DNA of 64,000 bases from Octopus vulgaris. Lineage: Eukaryota. A model generated the notes under the pieces. The model saw only the letters and a list, made by a program, of their open reading frames with translations. It had not been told where the DNA came from and made no database searches. Positions 39,056 to 52,900 of this stretch are shown here, in pieces (the stretch's first letter is position 1; each line of letters begins with the position of its first letter). The position numbers and the translations under genes are program-made. The stretch lies in assembly GCA_951406725.2 (NCBI GenBank), contig OX597815.1, positions 60,202,001-60,266,000 on the forward strand, given 5' to 3'.

Positions 39056-39974
39056 CGGGAGAGAAAGAGAAAGAGAGAGACTGAGCGAGGGAGAACGCGA
39101 AATGAGAGGGAGTTTGAGTGCCTATAAGAAGACAGCTGATCTACGTTAAAGAATACAACATTTTATTCTTCCAATGACAATATCTTATGATTATCTCCCC
39201 TCATATTGCAAGACAGTAGCTGAGTTGTCCATTGGCTGGTGATAGAGTGGTTACGATAAACTTTTTCCCCGTGATCCTTATATGACACCTAACCTCTAAG
39301 CCATGCATCTCCACCCTGTCAAAATGATAATCGTGAGACGTTATAAAGATGTGAAGGCGATAATCCATTCATAATATGAAAACATATGAGTTGAGTGGTT
39401 CTGTCAACAATTCAATAAAAGGAAACATAACAGACCTAATAATCTCAATTGATGTAAATAGTGGCTAATGGGTGTTTGTTTTGGAGCTAATGCAAATGTT
39501 AAAATAAGATTTTATTTTAAAAGTTAAGAATACCAACAAAACTCAAGCAGTCGTTATTTCATCGAAAAATACCAAACAAGAAAGTCTTACTTCTACTTTT
39601 ATTCCAAACAACTTCATCAAAGGAATATGACAGAACATTCCTATATTTCAATGAAACTTTTTTGCCTATACAACAACGCCAGAAAGGAATCGTTTTTTCA
39701 CTGGATGAACAAATCGATAGCTGAACTTCGAAGTCCCAATCAACTTGATCTTTAACAATAAACTTGACACTAATCTCAGTATAGAGTCCCAGCATCAGTA
39801 AACGTTCTGTTATGGCTAATTGTAAATGATAGTTATTACAAATTCAGTTTCAATAAGCCACATACACACACATACATATACATACACATCCATCCCTCCA
39901 TCCATCATCCATCCCCCGTCCGTCCGTCCATCGATCGATCGATCGATCGATCGATCGATCCATCCATCCATCCA

Positions 39975-40291
39975 ATACGTACATACTATGTATCGGGACT
40001 GTTGCTATAGTAACTGTCCAGCCACCCATACGTACATACTAAGAATCGGGACTGTTGCTATAGTAACTGTCCAGCCACCCATACGTACATACTAAGAATC
40101 GGGACTGTTGCTATAGTAATGAAGCTAAAGCATACAGAGTGAGGCCGCTCGGCACAGATTGTCCTTGAACTTTGCTGTGCATGCGTACATCATTTTAACG
40201 TTCTAGCTCACTTCCACTGTTTACGGCAGTGCTTAGAAGGAACATGTCTCCGTGCTTTAACTTCGTTACTATATCAACAGTTCGGATACTT
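39975..40291. mobile_element. MITE with about 45-bp TIRs and a tandemly triplicated left end (53-bp unit)
   Basis: Units start at 39975, 40028 and 40081. TIR atcgggactgttgctatagtaatgaagctaaagca / tgctttaacttcgttactatatcaacagttcggat. Confidence 0.7.
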
Positions 40292-40327
40292 ATTAATCAG
40301 ACCACATACATACATACATACGTAGAT

Positions 40328-40369
<42 letters not shown>

Positions 40370-40614
40370 ATATCTTATTTTTCATGGTTAATCCTAGCCA
40401 TAGTGTGCAACACATAATAGAGTGGTTAAGAAAATCAAGCGATTCCAGTGCCTGAAGCATTTTAAAGGGAGGGAAGGCCTTGCACCGGGCGAAATCTCAC
40501 TCTTTGAACAACAAATGTATTTGCACTCTAAGAAGAATCAGTCTACATCATTAAATGTAAAGTCGCAGGTGTTACGTCAGATTTATCTTCTCTTAAAGAG
40601 ATATCTAAATAAAT

Positions 40615-40825
40615 ACCTGGGGCCGTTCTCTCCCAGCTGTTGGATGGCAGTTGACGCTACTGAGCTCATTCTTTCATTTTCTTTTCATTTTATTTCTCCT
40701 CCGTCAGTGTCCAAGGAAAAACACCCTCTTTACCAAGCAGGCTTGGTAAGGTTCCCGGTTTGGTGACTGATAGGCCGAACATGCAACATATTACCAGTAA
40801 CATTAAGGGTGATCTGAAAAGTACA
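40615..40825 (-). mobile_element. Diverged RTE-type 5' UTR fragment
   Basis: Revcomp ..AAACCGGGAACCTTACCAAGCCTGCTTGGTAAAGAGGGTG..GTCAACTGCCATCC matches 7890-8030. Confidence 0.65.
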
Positions 40826-40930
40826 AACATACATACATGCATACATACATACATACATACATACATACATACATACATGCATACATACATACATACATAC
40901 ATACATACATGCATACATACATACATACAT

Positions 40931-41215
40931 CGAGATCTCTTAACTGATGCAGCCAGTCATTGGGGTGCCACTCTAGATACTTTCATAGTTAGCTGTCACC
41001 ACTTGACTCTGTACTGTGTCATGCATAGCAGGTTCCTTGTGTTGTGACCTGTCCAGTCCTTGATGTTGTAAAACCAGGATTTTCTCCGTTTGACTCTCTT
41101 TGCTAAACTGAGCCTTAGATTTCGGCCAGAGTTCTTTCGTCACACTTCTGTGACCTCATCAATGGTCCTTTGCTTTCTTCTTTCTTTTAGTATGTCTCTC
41201 CTTACTAACGATCTG
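40931..41215 (-). mobile_element. RTE LINE 3' end fragment
   Basis: RRKSWFYNIKDWTG...LL.MTQYRVKW, followed by a tail into (ATGT)n. Confidence 0.6.
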
Positions 41216-41716
41216 CCATCTTGTATTCCTATTGTATGTGTCTTTATTTGCGCATGCGTATATCCATGTGTGCGTCTATGTTTAGTAAATGTGTATGTGG
41301 GGGTATGTACCTGCATCATCAGTATCCCCTGTTTATAAAAGCTCGTTTAATTTACTTTTATTTACTTTATTCATTTGTTTATATCTACTTACTTTTTCTT
41401 TTCTCTCTTTTGGTATTAATTTAATTTATTTTGTTTATCTATATAGTTATTTAATTCCATTTATTTATGTGTGTATTGTATTATATTCATATTATTTTAT
41501 TATCAGTTTATGAGGATCTTATTCTGTCATAGGTTGTGGTGTGTAGGGTATGTGTGCTAGTGTTCCATTCTAGTTTTCTATTCATGTTGTTGGCCCTTCT
41601 AAGGTTATCTTCCTCACTACCACTACAACTACCACCATCATCAACCCCACTACTACTACTTCCACCCGCACCACCACCACCACTGCCAGCACCAGCACCA
41701 GCACCACCACCACCAT

Positions 41717-41796
<80 letters not shown>

Positions 41797-41827
41797 TTAC
41801 TACTATTATTACTATCCCTTGAAATAC

Positions 41828-41907
41828 TGTACTGAAGGGTGAGAATGATGGAGTGGAAATGTGTTTTTGCATTTTTCACATCTATCTAATTCCGAAACGC
41901 GTCTAGA
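41828..41907 (+). ncRNA. Decayed type-I HHR at the end of an AT-rich pLTR-like remnant
   Basis: CTGAAGG, long stem II (GTGGAAATG/CATTTTTCAC), GAAA-CGCG-TC. Stem I is weak. Confidence 0.45.
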
Positions 41908-42010
41908 ATTAATCACAGCCGGGTGAATTCGTTATTTTTTTCTCTTTGCCGGCGTGAGTTGTTGCGTATGTCTGGGAGATTTTCTTATGGTAGAGAAATA
42001 GCTAGTTTTG

Positions 42011-42041
<31 letters not shown>

Positions 42042-42344
42042 TGTGTATGTGTGTGTGTGTATATACATGTATACACAAATACATCCAGCTCTATACGTAC
42101 ACACTTATTCTAACATAAGTATTGACATTGGTAACTAAGGCAAGCACGACGCAGTTAGGCACGAAATCCGAGTGAGGTCTATCGTAACTTTGAGAGTTTG
42201 CCGGATTTGCAGCAGATTCTGGGTGAGGTGGTTGGGTTGTTGGGTGACCATTTTAGGGTAGGTGTTGGAAGTGGTGAAGATATAGCAACAACAGTAATGG
42301 AAGTAGGAGTGGCGGTGAAAGTGATGGCGGCGGTGACTGTGATG

Positions 42345-42562
42345 TAATATTGGTTTCAAATTTCGACACAAGGCCAGCAATTTTGGGGGAGTGTCCAAGT
42401 CGATTAGATTAAACTCCAGTGCTCAACTGGTAATTATTTTATCGACCGCAAAAGGATAACGGCAAAATCGACCTCGGTGGAGTTTGAACTCAGATCGTAA
42501 AGACGGATGAAATGCCGCTAAACATTTTGCGCGGCGTGCTAAAGATTCTGTCAGACACCGTC
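42345..42562 (-). mobile_element. tRNA-derived SINE with a Meta-like central domain
   Basis: Revcomp B box GAGTTCAAACTCC, then TTTGCC.TTATCCTTTTGCGGTCGATAAAATAA..CCAG. Confidence 0.75.
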
Positions 42563-43107
42563 TTTTCCTGTTAGAGGCGGCAGTGGTGATGATAGTGATA
42601 GAGGTGGTGCTTTCACCGTGTTGGAGATAGTGGTTGGGTAGCGTTAATGTTGGCGGTAGAGATGGGAGTTGTGGTGGTGGTGGCAGCGAAATAAGTGATG
42701 TTGGAGATTGTGTTAGTGTTGGTGGTAGTGACAAATATGTAGTAATGCTGTCGGCTGTACAACAAAGGTGGCAATGCTGGCAGTAAGGTGGTGATGGTAG
42801 TGGTAGTGGTGGTGGTGGAAGCAGTTATGGTGGTGAAGCTACTGTAATATTGTCACGTATAAGACTGAGGAGGTGATGGTGGATGTGATGTGCTGTTATG
42901 GCCGACAGCGTTTAAATTTTACGACTGGAGGCACAACCTCAAGAAACCAATAATTACATCATAATTCCTCGAATATTGGCAACAGCGGATGTCTTCCCCA
43001 CTCTCTCTCGCTCGCTCACTCTTTTCCCTTTCCCTCTCCCTCTCTGTATGTTTGTATTTGTGTATGTGTGTGTGTGTGTATTTGAGTGTATACATTTTGC
43101 GTTTACT

Positions 43108-43140
<33 letters not shown>

Positions 43141-43310
43141 ATATATATAGAAATAGATAAATATAATATAGATATTATACATAAATACATGTATGTACAT
43201 ACACACACATACAAACATACATACATATATATACGTACATATATGTGTGTCTTATACATATATATTCATATGTTTGTAAATATATATATACATATGTGTG
43301 TGTGTGTGTG

Positions 43311-43392
<82 letters not shown>

Positions 43393-43511
43393 CATGCACA
43401 CATACATGTATGCATATGTGCGTCATTCTTAGTGCAGACATACATTTATACTTATATGAGCACTCAGCGACATGCACAGAGATATACATGTATATATGTA
43501 TGCATGTGTGC

Positions 43512-43545
<34 letters not shown>

Positions 43546-44173
43546 ATATGTACATATTTGCATGCACATATATATATATGCATATATACATATACATATA
43601 TATATGTATGTATATGTATGTATATGTATGTATCCATGCATATGTATACAGTTGTATTCTTGTATACGTGTGTGTATAAGCGTAAATATATATCCACTCT
43701 TAATGGTTTCTGTTCTCAGTTGCATTAGCTGCATGTTTCCATGTACAACTTAGTTTGCATGCATGTCTGCAACAATGAATGATTGCGCATGCACAAGTAA
43801 CGGCTCCGCCGTTGGAATGTCCGGGCACGGCACGTGTAAGTGTCACGACCATCGGAACACTAACTCGTTTTGTCAGCATGCAGTCATCTCCCATATCCCT
43901 AGAGATGTCGCTGCAGTCAATTTAATTGTGAATAGTTGAACGTTGAAGACTTTGCCTGTATTCCACACACATTAAGACGAAGAACGTCCACAATTCTATG
44001 TCTAATGAAATTTTACTTCCGCGGATTTTGGAATTGACAGGAATGGCAAAGTGGAGTAGAAGTGTTTCGCTGGACACTTGATGCTAGTCTTGGGTACGAA
44101 AAGATCGACGTTGTTTTTGGTGTTGGTGTTAATAAATATGATACAATACAAACATCGAAAACACAGGCACTTA

Positions 44174-44221
<48 letters not shown>

Positions 44222-44225
<4 letters not shown>

Positions 44226-44550
44226 TGTTGGACAAAATAATGGAAATATCTTAAAATTTCAAGCAAATTTATTACTTTGGAAGTAATTACAGCTTGTATT
44301 CCACGAGCTGTAGACTCGTACAAAGTTTGAATTGTTTTCAAAGGAATTTTTGTCCATTCTTCAGCTAAAACACTCTCTAGTTCTTGTAGTGATGATGGTG
44401 GAGGATATCGACTCCTTACTTGTTTTTCGAAAATGCACCATAAATGCTCAATAACATTGAAATGTGGGGACTGTGGTGGCCAGATAAGATGTTCAACTTC
44501 ACTAGAATGTTCCTCGTGCCATTCAGTAACAACTTTAGCTGTGTGAATCT
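44222..44550 (-). mobile_element. Tc1-family terminal fragment (same family as 53154-54400)
   Basis: TIR cagatgttggacaaaataatggaa; WPPQSPHFNVIEHLW. Confidence 0.85.
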
Positions 44551-44575
44551 ATTTATATAAATAAATACATATATT

Positions 44576-44669
<94 letters not shown>

Positions 44670-44689
44670 GTCTGTCTGTCTGTCTCTGC

Positions 44690-44791
<102 letters not shown>

Positions 44792-44792
44792 A

Positions 44793-44850
<58 letters not shown>

Positions 44851-44862
44851 AATATTTCATTA

Positions 44863-46402
44863 AGAATTTCAAAATTATCATCAAATAAGGATATATTTAA
44901 CTCTCATTCTGAGCATTATAATACGGCATTAACTAAGGCAGGATACAACCAAAAAATTACATTCATTGATAAGGGGAACTTACATATTCCTAATAAAGAA
45001 GTTATCAGTAATCACATAAGCAGCAATATAGACCAGGCCCGAAATAGAAGTAGAACTAGATTCACGGTAACCGCAAATCTAGCGTACAAGCCCAATAATT
45101 CAAATAGAAGTAAAAACCAAAGCATAGGTAACTCGGATAAAATGGAATTAGATAAATCAAAGATGCACACAAATAATAGTAGTAAGTACAATGACTTTGA
45201 TAAGATGAATAATAATAATTCTACGAACCCTGATTCTAATTCAAGGAAATTTAATAGAAATAAAAATAATAAAGATATAATATGGCTGAATATTCCTTTC
45301 AACTGTGCGATTCAATCGGATATACAGAGCAAATTCAAAGTAATTCTAGAAAAAAATTTCCCAATCTCTCATAGATATCATAGAATTATTTCTAAGAAAA
45401 CAGTTAGAATTTCTTATTCAACCCTCCCAAATATGTCCACTTTAATAGCTAAGATTAATAATAACAACATTAAACTAGCCAGGAAAGATGAAAATAAAAC
45501 TAATAATACCAACATGAATACCAATAACAATTATAGCAATACTAACAACAATAAACGCAACAATAGTAACTATCAAAACATGGATGGAATCAGTAACCAC
45601 AGAACGACTAATAATAATATTAGCAGTAATAAGAGTAATAATTATACCGATACTAATAGGAGTAATAATGTTAATAATAGAAGGAAGGCTAATAGAGAAA
45701 ACGCGGAGAAGGAAAATATTAGTGATATCTATAGCAGCAATATACAGTTTGATAATAATACTAACAATAATAGTAACATTACTAATAATGTAAATAATCA
45801 TGGTAGGACTTTAGACCTAAAAGATGGAGCAAAAAGATCAATAAATAATAACAATGCTTTAGATAACAGCACCAACTATAAAAATAATAATAATAATTAT
45901 ACTCATGATAATCAAAATAATAGGAACATAGGACATCTACCCATGAATAATCCGATTTCTGAAGTTGTTCATCCTGCGTGTAAGTGTAGAATTAAGTCAA
46001 GATGCCCGGCACCTGGTCTTTGCGGGGAAAATAACGTAATCTATAAATGCACCATATCTACTGAGAATAACAAATTTTTTTACATTGGGTGTACAATAAA
46101 TTTTAATAAAAGAGTTAGAAATCACGTCTCATCTTTTAGATTACGTCATAAAGCTGGTACCACCACACTTTCAAGTAAGATTTGGGAACTCAAAAATAAT
46201 AACAAGAATTATAATCTTAATTGGGAAATAGTTAGGAGAGCAATACCGTATAAAAATAGCAGGGTTGGTTGCCAACTCTGCTCAATAGAGACCTATGAAA
46301 TTCTAAGGCATAGAAAAAAGTAGAAGCTTGTTAAATAACCATATTGAAGTAGGACAAGTTTGTGTCCACGCTAAATTGAAGACTCTAAAATATTTTAAAT
46401 GA
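44863..46402 (+). pseudogene. Naiad-like RT thumb + GIY-YIG with Asn-rich insertions
   Basis: [13 protein letters not shown]....YNTAL.KAGY, IIWLNIPF, VRISYSTLPN, CKCR...CP..GLC..NVIYKC....YIGCT..F..R..NH..SF, TTLS..IW.LK, CQLC..E. After a 1-nt shift in the A-run near 46315 it continues LLNNHIEVGQVCVHAK..TGA. Confidence 0.85.
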
Positions 46403-47836
46403 ATAACTGTATAGAATAATCGTAACAAGATAGGTAGATAAATATAACGGGGTTTTTACTAGTATAACATTACTTTTAAGTAGATAACTGCGAGTTCTCA
46501 CACTATAGTTATCTTTTTCTTTATAACTGCACCTGATTTTGAGCATTGGGAAATAAATAGTACTCGTACATTGCTTAAATGAGAGTTTATTTTATTTAAT
46601 TCTTAAATCTTAATTTTTAAATTTTTAATTTTAGAACTTAATCTAGTTTAGGTAACACAACTTTAATAAATTAAGTTACTAAGGCTTAACAATTTTATTA
46701 CAAAATTAAATAAGTGAAGATACTCCCTTGAAAGTAGCATGATAAACTTCAATATAATAGACAATTCCATCACACCTTGTTAATCAAATTCTAAGTTTTG
46801 ACCGGTAGTCTGTTAATGTATTGATAGTAACGGCAACAATTTTAAGACAGTAACAGGAATAAATAAATAATTTAAATGACCTCTGGTTAGGGTGCACTTA
46901 GATCTTTTCTCTTAATGTATTTCCTTTTGACGATAGCTTTTGATCCCTCTACCCCTGACCTTGTTTATCTCTTTAAATTCTCTTTAGATTCATATCTGCT
47001 TTCATCTGCGTCAGGTTGATAGTAAATAGCTGTTTATTGGTCAAAAAAATAATTTTCTCCTCATAGTTCCTGAATTCTTACAGATTCAAGCTAACTAAGT
47101 TGTCTACAAATTCTTCTGTATTTGGTCACTTTAGAACCCCCTCCCTCTAAGTTGTCGCAGTATACTCTATATAGGCGCCTTTTCTTTTCTCCCTCTTCCC
47201 CTTTATTCTTTTTCTTTTCCTTTTTCTTTTTCTTTTTCTTTTTCTTTTCTATCCTTCTCCCCCTTTTCTCTTTCTTTTTTCTTTTTCTTTTTCTTTTCCT
47301 TCTTTCTTCTTCTTCTTCTTTTTTCTTTTTTCCCTGTCTCTTTTCTTTTTTCTTTTCTTTTATTTTCTTTGCCCCACAAATAAATTCCTTCAGCTTTTAG
47401 AAATCTTAACATAGCAGTTTTGCACGGAGAGCAGTAATGTGACAAATTACCTTATCATATAGCATGAAATGATTGTGGATTAACAACGGTTAAGTTCATC
47501 GTCTGTGAGTATGAAATTCCTCCTCATATCGCTGGAAATTTAAATCTTCACTACGGATTAATTTACCTTTTCTGTGAAGCTAATAAGCTTTTAAAAACCT
47601 GTGATAAGTCTGTGCATCATCCTCCTCATATCTTTGGAAATTTAAATCTACACTACGGATTAACTCATCTTCTCTTTGAAACTAATAAGCTTTTAAAAAT
47701 CTGTGATAAGACTGTGCATCATCATTAAGGAACTTTGGAAATCTGTTTGCAACCTATATCTGCCTTTAATAGAATTATCTCCAATATTTCATGAGTATAA
47801 CCTCACCCACTAAGATGTTTGGAGAACTCATATGTA

Positions 47837-47927
47837 TTTTAGCTGATGAGTACGGGACACTTTTATCTGCTGCAATTTTTGCAACTTGTAATAAAGCCTG
47901 TCTTTCTATGAAACAATTGTACTAAAA
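47837..47927 (+). ncRNA. Type-I hammerhead ribozyme with a canonical core
   Basis: TTTTAG-CTGATGA, long interrupted stem II (TGCAA/TTGCA apex), GAAA-CAATTG-TA-CTAAAA. Palindromic stem III; GUA cleavage site. Confidence 0.85.
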
Positions 47928-47955
47928 ACTAATCCATTCTTGTTGCTTCTTTCTC

Positions 47956-48042
<87 letters not shown>

Positions 48043-48284
48043 TTATTTGAGGGTATATAAATCCAAACTTACAGGGAAAAAATTCAATTTAGAAATACTA
48101 AATCAAATTTCACACAATATAATATATACATAAAAATTAGAAAAAAACCCACCATTTATCAATTCAAAAGGAACAATTAAATTACACAATCTAAAAAATT
48201 ACCTATAATAGAAATATTAAAATTATAATAAAATAAAATATCAATGATTGAGTAAGGTGCAAAAAAAACGTATGTAATTGGTAG

Positions 48285-48375
48285 AATAACGACACGTGTT
48301 TCGTGGCTATATTTAAGAAATGATTATAGTAGTAGTAAAATCACTTCGATATAAATATAGCCACTCATCAGTTTA
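48285..48375 (-). ncRNA. Type-I HHR in the inverted pLTR
   Basis: Revcomp CTGATGA-GTGGCTATATTTA..TAAATATAGCCAC-GAAA-CACGTG-TC. 13-bp basal stem II; stem I is weak. Confidence 0.8.
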
Positions 48376-48416
48376 AAAATAAACTAGAATAATAAAATAA
48401 TTAATTAATAAATATA

Positions 48417-48493
<77 letters not shown>

Positions 48494-51400
48494 TAAAGAT
48501 ACATAAGTGAAAACTAAAACAATACTTAAATTATTTAATACTTTAAAATTAATTAAAATACACAATGCTAGTACAAGTCATTATATTGTAATCAAATAGT
48601 TTAAGTGTTACTATTTATAATGAGAACTATAATGTTAATTATTCGGATGTTAATTTTAATTTAATAACGGGTAAACCCAACCATTTCGTAAAATTAATGA
48701 AAATCTTAGATATATTAATGCTTATAGTAATCATCCACCTTCTGTTAAAAAATCGTTGATAAATAATGTAGGTAAAAGAATATCATTACTTTCTTATGAT
48801 TTAGAGACTTTTAATAAATATGCACCTTATTATAATAAAGCCCTGATTGAGGCTGGATACAATAATAATATTAAATTCTTTAATATTTGTAAACGTAATT
48901 ATAATTTAAAAGATAATAGTTTTAATGATTTTTATAATGATAAACCTAATTATCTGAATTATGATAAATCTTATTTAGGTACTTATCGTCTTAATAATAA
49001 TAGGAATTTTGATGATGTAAAGCATAAATTTAATATTACAATAAAAAATAAAAGTATAGTAATAATAATAAAAATAAAAATATAAATAAAAATAAGATTA
49101 AATTTAATTCAATTAATGAAGATAATAATTTAATAATATTACAAATAACTATAGTAAAAATAATGATAGTTATAATAATAATAATTATAATTATAATGAT
49201 AGTAATCATAATAATAATATTATTATTTATAATCATAATATGAAAGATATAAATAAAAATAAAATTTGGTTAATCATTCCTTTTGGGGTTCAGGTTAAAA
49301 CAAATCTTATAAAAAAGATTTTAAATATAATTGAAGTATTTATTAGGGATAATAAAAAATATTATATTTTTTTCTAAAGATAATTTGGGAGTAGGTTATT
49401 CAACTATTAATAATGTTGGTAATATTATTTCCTCATGTAATATTTTTAAATTAAAGAAATTTTATAAAGACAGATTAAATATTAATTCTAATTATAATAA
49501 TAAAGACCAAGAGTTGATTTATTGTACATGTAGGGACAAGTCTACATGTAAATTGAAAAATTATTGTAATTTAGATAATGTAGTCTATAGGTGTAGGGTA
49601 ACTATCATAGATGATAAGAATTTGAATTATCGTAATCTAAATACTATTTATATAGGGTCTACTTCGCATAAAATTAAAACTAGAATTTCCCAACATATGT
49701 ATTCTTTTAGGAATAAAAATCTTATAAATTCAACAGGTCTCAGTAAATATATTTGGGACTTTAAATATAGATCTATTAAATATAAATTAAATTGGGATAT
49801 TATTTGTAGGGCCAAATCATATACTATAGGGAGTAATAATTGTTCTCTTTGTAATAACGAATTTAAGGAAATATTATTTCATAACAATTGTGCGTTAATA
49901 AACTCTTTCGACGAACGTAGAATTAAATGTAAACATAAATTAAAGTACCTTTATAATAGCTTTAGCTAATAAATAAATAATTTTATTTTTAAATAAATAT
50001 TTATTATAGTAATATAAATTAATCTCAACATAATATATATGTATTTGATTTGATTACTTATTTTTTAGACTTTAAATTTATAGTAAATAGTCATTTAAAT
50101 TAAATGCTATATTAATTTTATGTACTTATATATTACATTTAACATATCTTTAGTATTATTAAACCTTATTTCGTCTTATGTGGCTTATTTATTTATTGTA
50201 GATATTATTTAATAGTATTAGAGAATTTTTACTGTTTTATTATATGTTATATTAATATTTTAAACAAAATGACGAATGATATGTGTTGATGGTGAGTTTG
50301 AGATGAGTTTTGGGCTTCATGTGTTGGAGACTATGCGAATGATTGAATGTTAGGGGGGTAGTCGGCTGTGAATAACTTTGGCGTTAGTTGGCGGTTTGTT
50401 GTAGTTTGGGTTTTGGTAGTGATGGTAATAATTTATAATGATATTAATAATGATAATAATTATGCTTATAATTATAATAATAATGATAATAATATTTATA
50501 ATCGCGTACGGCTTGTTGTAGGATCCGGATAGTTTTGATGAACAAGTAATACTTAATATACTATTTTTACTATATTTATTAGTTTTATTAGTTTTCTTTG
50601 AATCATGAAGCTTAGATAATTGCCGTATTTTCATTAATAAATTCCTTTTAGCCTTTTTCATTAATAATTTTTATTCTATTTTTCCATGCAACGTCTCCAC
50701 GAGTTTTATTTCTTATAGACGCTAAGAACTATTCTTTACGTTTATAATCTAGTGATATTTTTTCAACTAACTAAGCAACGTTCTTTTCTCTATTTCTTTT
50801 GGATGTTGTACTGTTTTGGGATTAATATTTAGCTGTTGTTAATATTGTTATTGATATATTAATAGGTGTCTGTTAGTTTTAGCTGGGTGTCTTCATGCTA
50901 GTTTCTCCATAAGTTGTGTATTTTCTCACATTTCTTTAGTTCATGAGGCTTTAATGTTTTTCGTTTTTTTTTTTTTCGTATTTTTCATTGATAAAAGATT
51001 TGCCATTTTCATTGAGTATTTATTCTATTTCTTTGCACTAAGTCTCCACGCGATAAATTTTATAAACGCTTTAACTATTTTGTTTAAAATTCAGTTTCTT
51101 TTTTGCTTCGCAAAGATAAGTTTGACATTTTATCGTTTATCTATTTCATTTGAATTTGGAATCGTTTTGTGTTTGAAATTATTATTATTATTGTTGTTGT
51201 AAGTAATTATTATTGTTCTTGAAAGTAATTTTTTACGTTCGATATTGGATATGATATCTTTTAATTCTTATATAGGAATTTAACGTTTTACATATCTAAT
51301 TTGAGAATTAGTTTTATTAGACTATATTTCTTTTAATAATTAGATTATATTTTTATTTAGTTGTATTATATTTAAGTAAACTAGTTTTTATTTTAATATC

Positions 51401-52080
51401 AATTTTATGTTTAACTTTTTTATCGTGTGATATATTAATTCTATAGATATTATACATAGATATTAGTATAATTAGTTTATATAATGGATTTGAGTATATT
51501 TGAACTATTTCCAATTTTTGATTGTATTATTCATGAATAGTAATAGTATTGGGTATATTTATTAGACGCTAAACACATTAATAAATTTAAAATCCAGATA
51601 GATTAGTTTAATCGTTGAACTTAGTAACTTAATTTGTCTATCAATATTATTATTGTTATTATTTTGAGTTTGATCGTTGTTATTATTATTATTATTGTTA
51701 TTGACTGGTTTTGTAGAGGACTGGTGATTGTGATTGTAAATCTTCATAGTGTATTGTTCATTAGTTCTAAAGAACGTTTGCAACTTTCTTTAATTTGGGG
51801 CTGAAAATTTTTGTAGAGGACTAGTGATTGTGATTGTAAATCTTCATAGTGTATTGTTCATTAGTTCTAAAGAACGTTTGCAACTTTCTTTAATTTGGGG
51901 CTGAAAAGTTTTTCTTACTTTCCATTAACAAATAATTCTCGCCATTATATCTTTTATATATATATATATTGATAGATATAAGTTACGATAGATATTAATT
52001 CTTATATCTATATATTTAGCTTTTTTTTAAATATATAGATATATATATATTAAATTAAATTAAATGTAATACGTTAGATC

Positions 52081-52128
<48 letters not shown>

Positions 52129-52451
52129 GATCTAACGGGTTACATTTAATTTAATTTGAAAATCAATTTCGTTACACAATATATTATTTAATTATTAGGT
52201 GGTATATTTATTATGTAATATTAAATCTTAAGTTAATTAGGTATTATATTAATTGATATTTAGTCAACTATGTTATAGATTGACACATTAAATCTATAGA
52301 TACTACGCATGTATATTAATTATATAGTTAGCTTTTTTAATGAGTTTGACTATATTTGAACCGTTTCTTATTTTAATTAATTTTAAATTAGTTAATAATT
52401 TAAATATTGTTTTAGTTTTCACTTATGTATCTTTAGTATTTGTATATATAT

Positions 52452-52749
52452 ATCACCGTGATCACTGTGACCGACCAGGCTATCAGATGTTGCTACATAT
52501 CGCTGGTCACAATGCGCTTCGCATTGTTTTAGCCTTCAAATGACGCCACCCCACTGGCTAGGCGACCAGGCTAACAGAAGAAAGAGTGAGAGAAAGTTGT
52601 AGCGAAAGAGTACAGCGGGGACCGCCACCAGCCCCTGCCGGAGCCTCGTGGAGCTTTAGGCGTTTTCGCTCAATAAACACTCACAACACCCGGTCTGGGA
52701 AACGAAACCGCGAGTCCGCTGCCCAAACCACTGGGCCATTGCGCCTCCA
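52452..52749 (-). mobile_element. tRNA-derived SINE inserted in the (TA)n of the right pLTR
   Basis: Revcomp head GGAGGCGCAATGGCCCAGTGG..GGTTTCG.TTCCC. It is absent from the left pLTR copy. Confidence 0.88.
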
Positions 52750-52813
52750 TATATATATATATATATTAAAGTATATTTATTAATTAATTATTTTATTATT
52801 CTACTTTGATTTT

Positions 52814-52900
52814 AAACTGATGAGTGGCTTTATTAAAATCGAAGTGATTTTACTACTACTATAATCATTTCTTAAATATAGCCACGAAACACGTGTCGTT
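52814..52900 (+). ncRNA. Type-I HHR in the 3' pLTR
   Basis: CTGATGA-GTGGCT..AGCCAC-GAAA-CACGTG-TC. Confidence 0.8.

Larger units (their letters stand above)
44855..47957 (+). mobile_element. Naiad-like PLE, 5'-truncated, between (TA)n tracts, with a long 3' region ending in an HHR
   Basis: See the pseudo-CDS at 44863-46402 and the HHR at 47837-47927. About 100-bp tandem duplication at 47517-47722. Confidence 0.85.

Noticed and set aside
39975-40119. CRISPR-like repeat array
   Set aside because: The units are identical tandem copies without unique spacers, derive from a MITE end, and lie in a eukaryotic context.
44070-44112. Additional HHR-like words (also near 57250-57298)
   Set aside because: There are too many core mismatches and the stems do not close convincingly.
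45960-49969. Selenocysteine recoding in the Naiad-like elements (known for some Naiads)
   Set aside because: The conserved Cys positions I could read are TGT/TGC, there is no in-frame TGA at them, and I recognised no SECIS.
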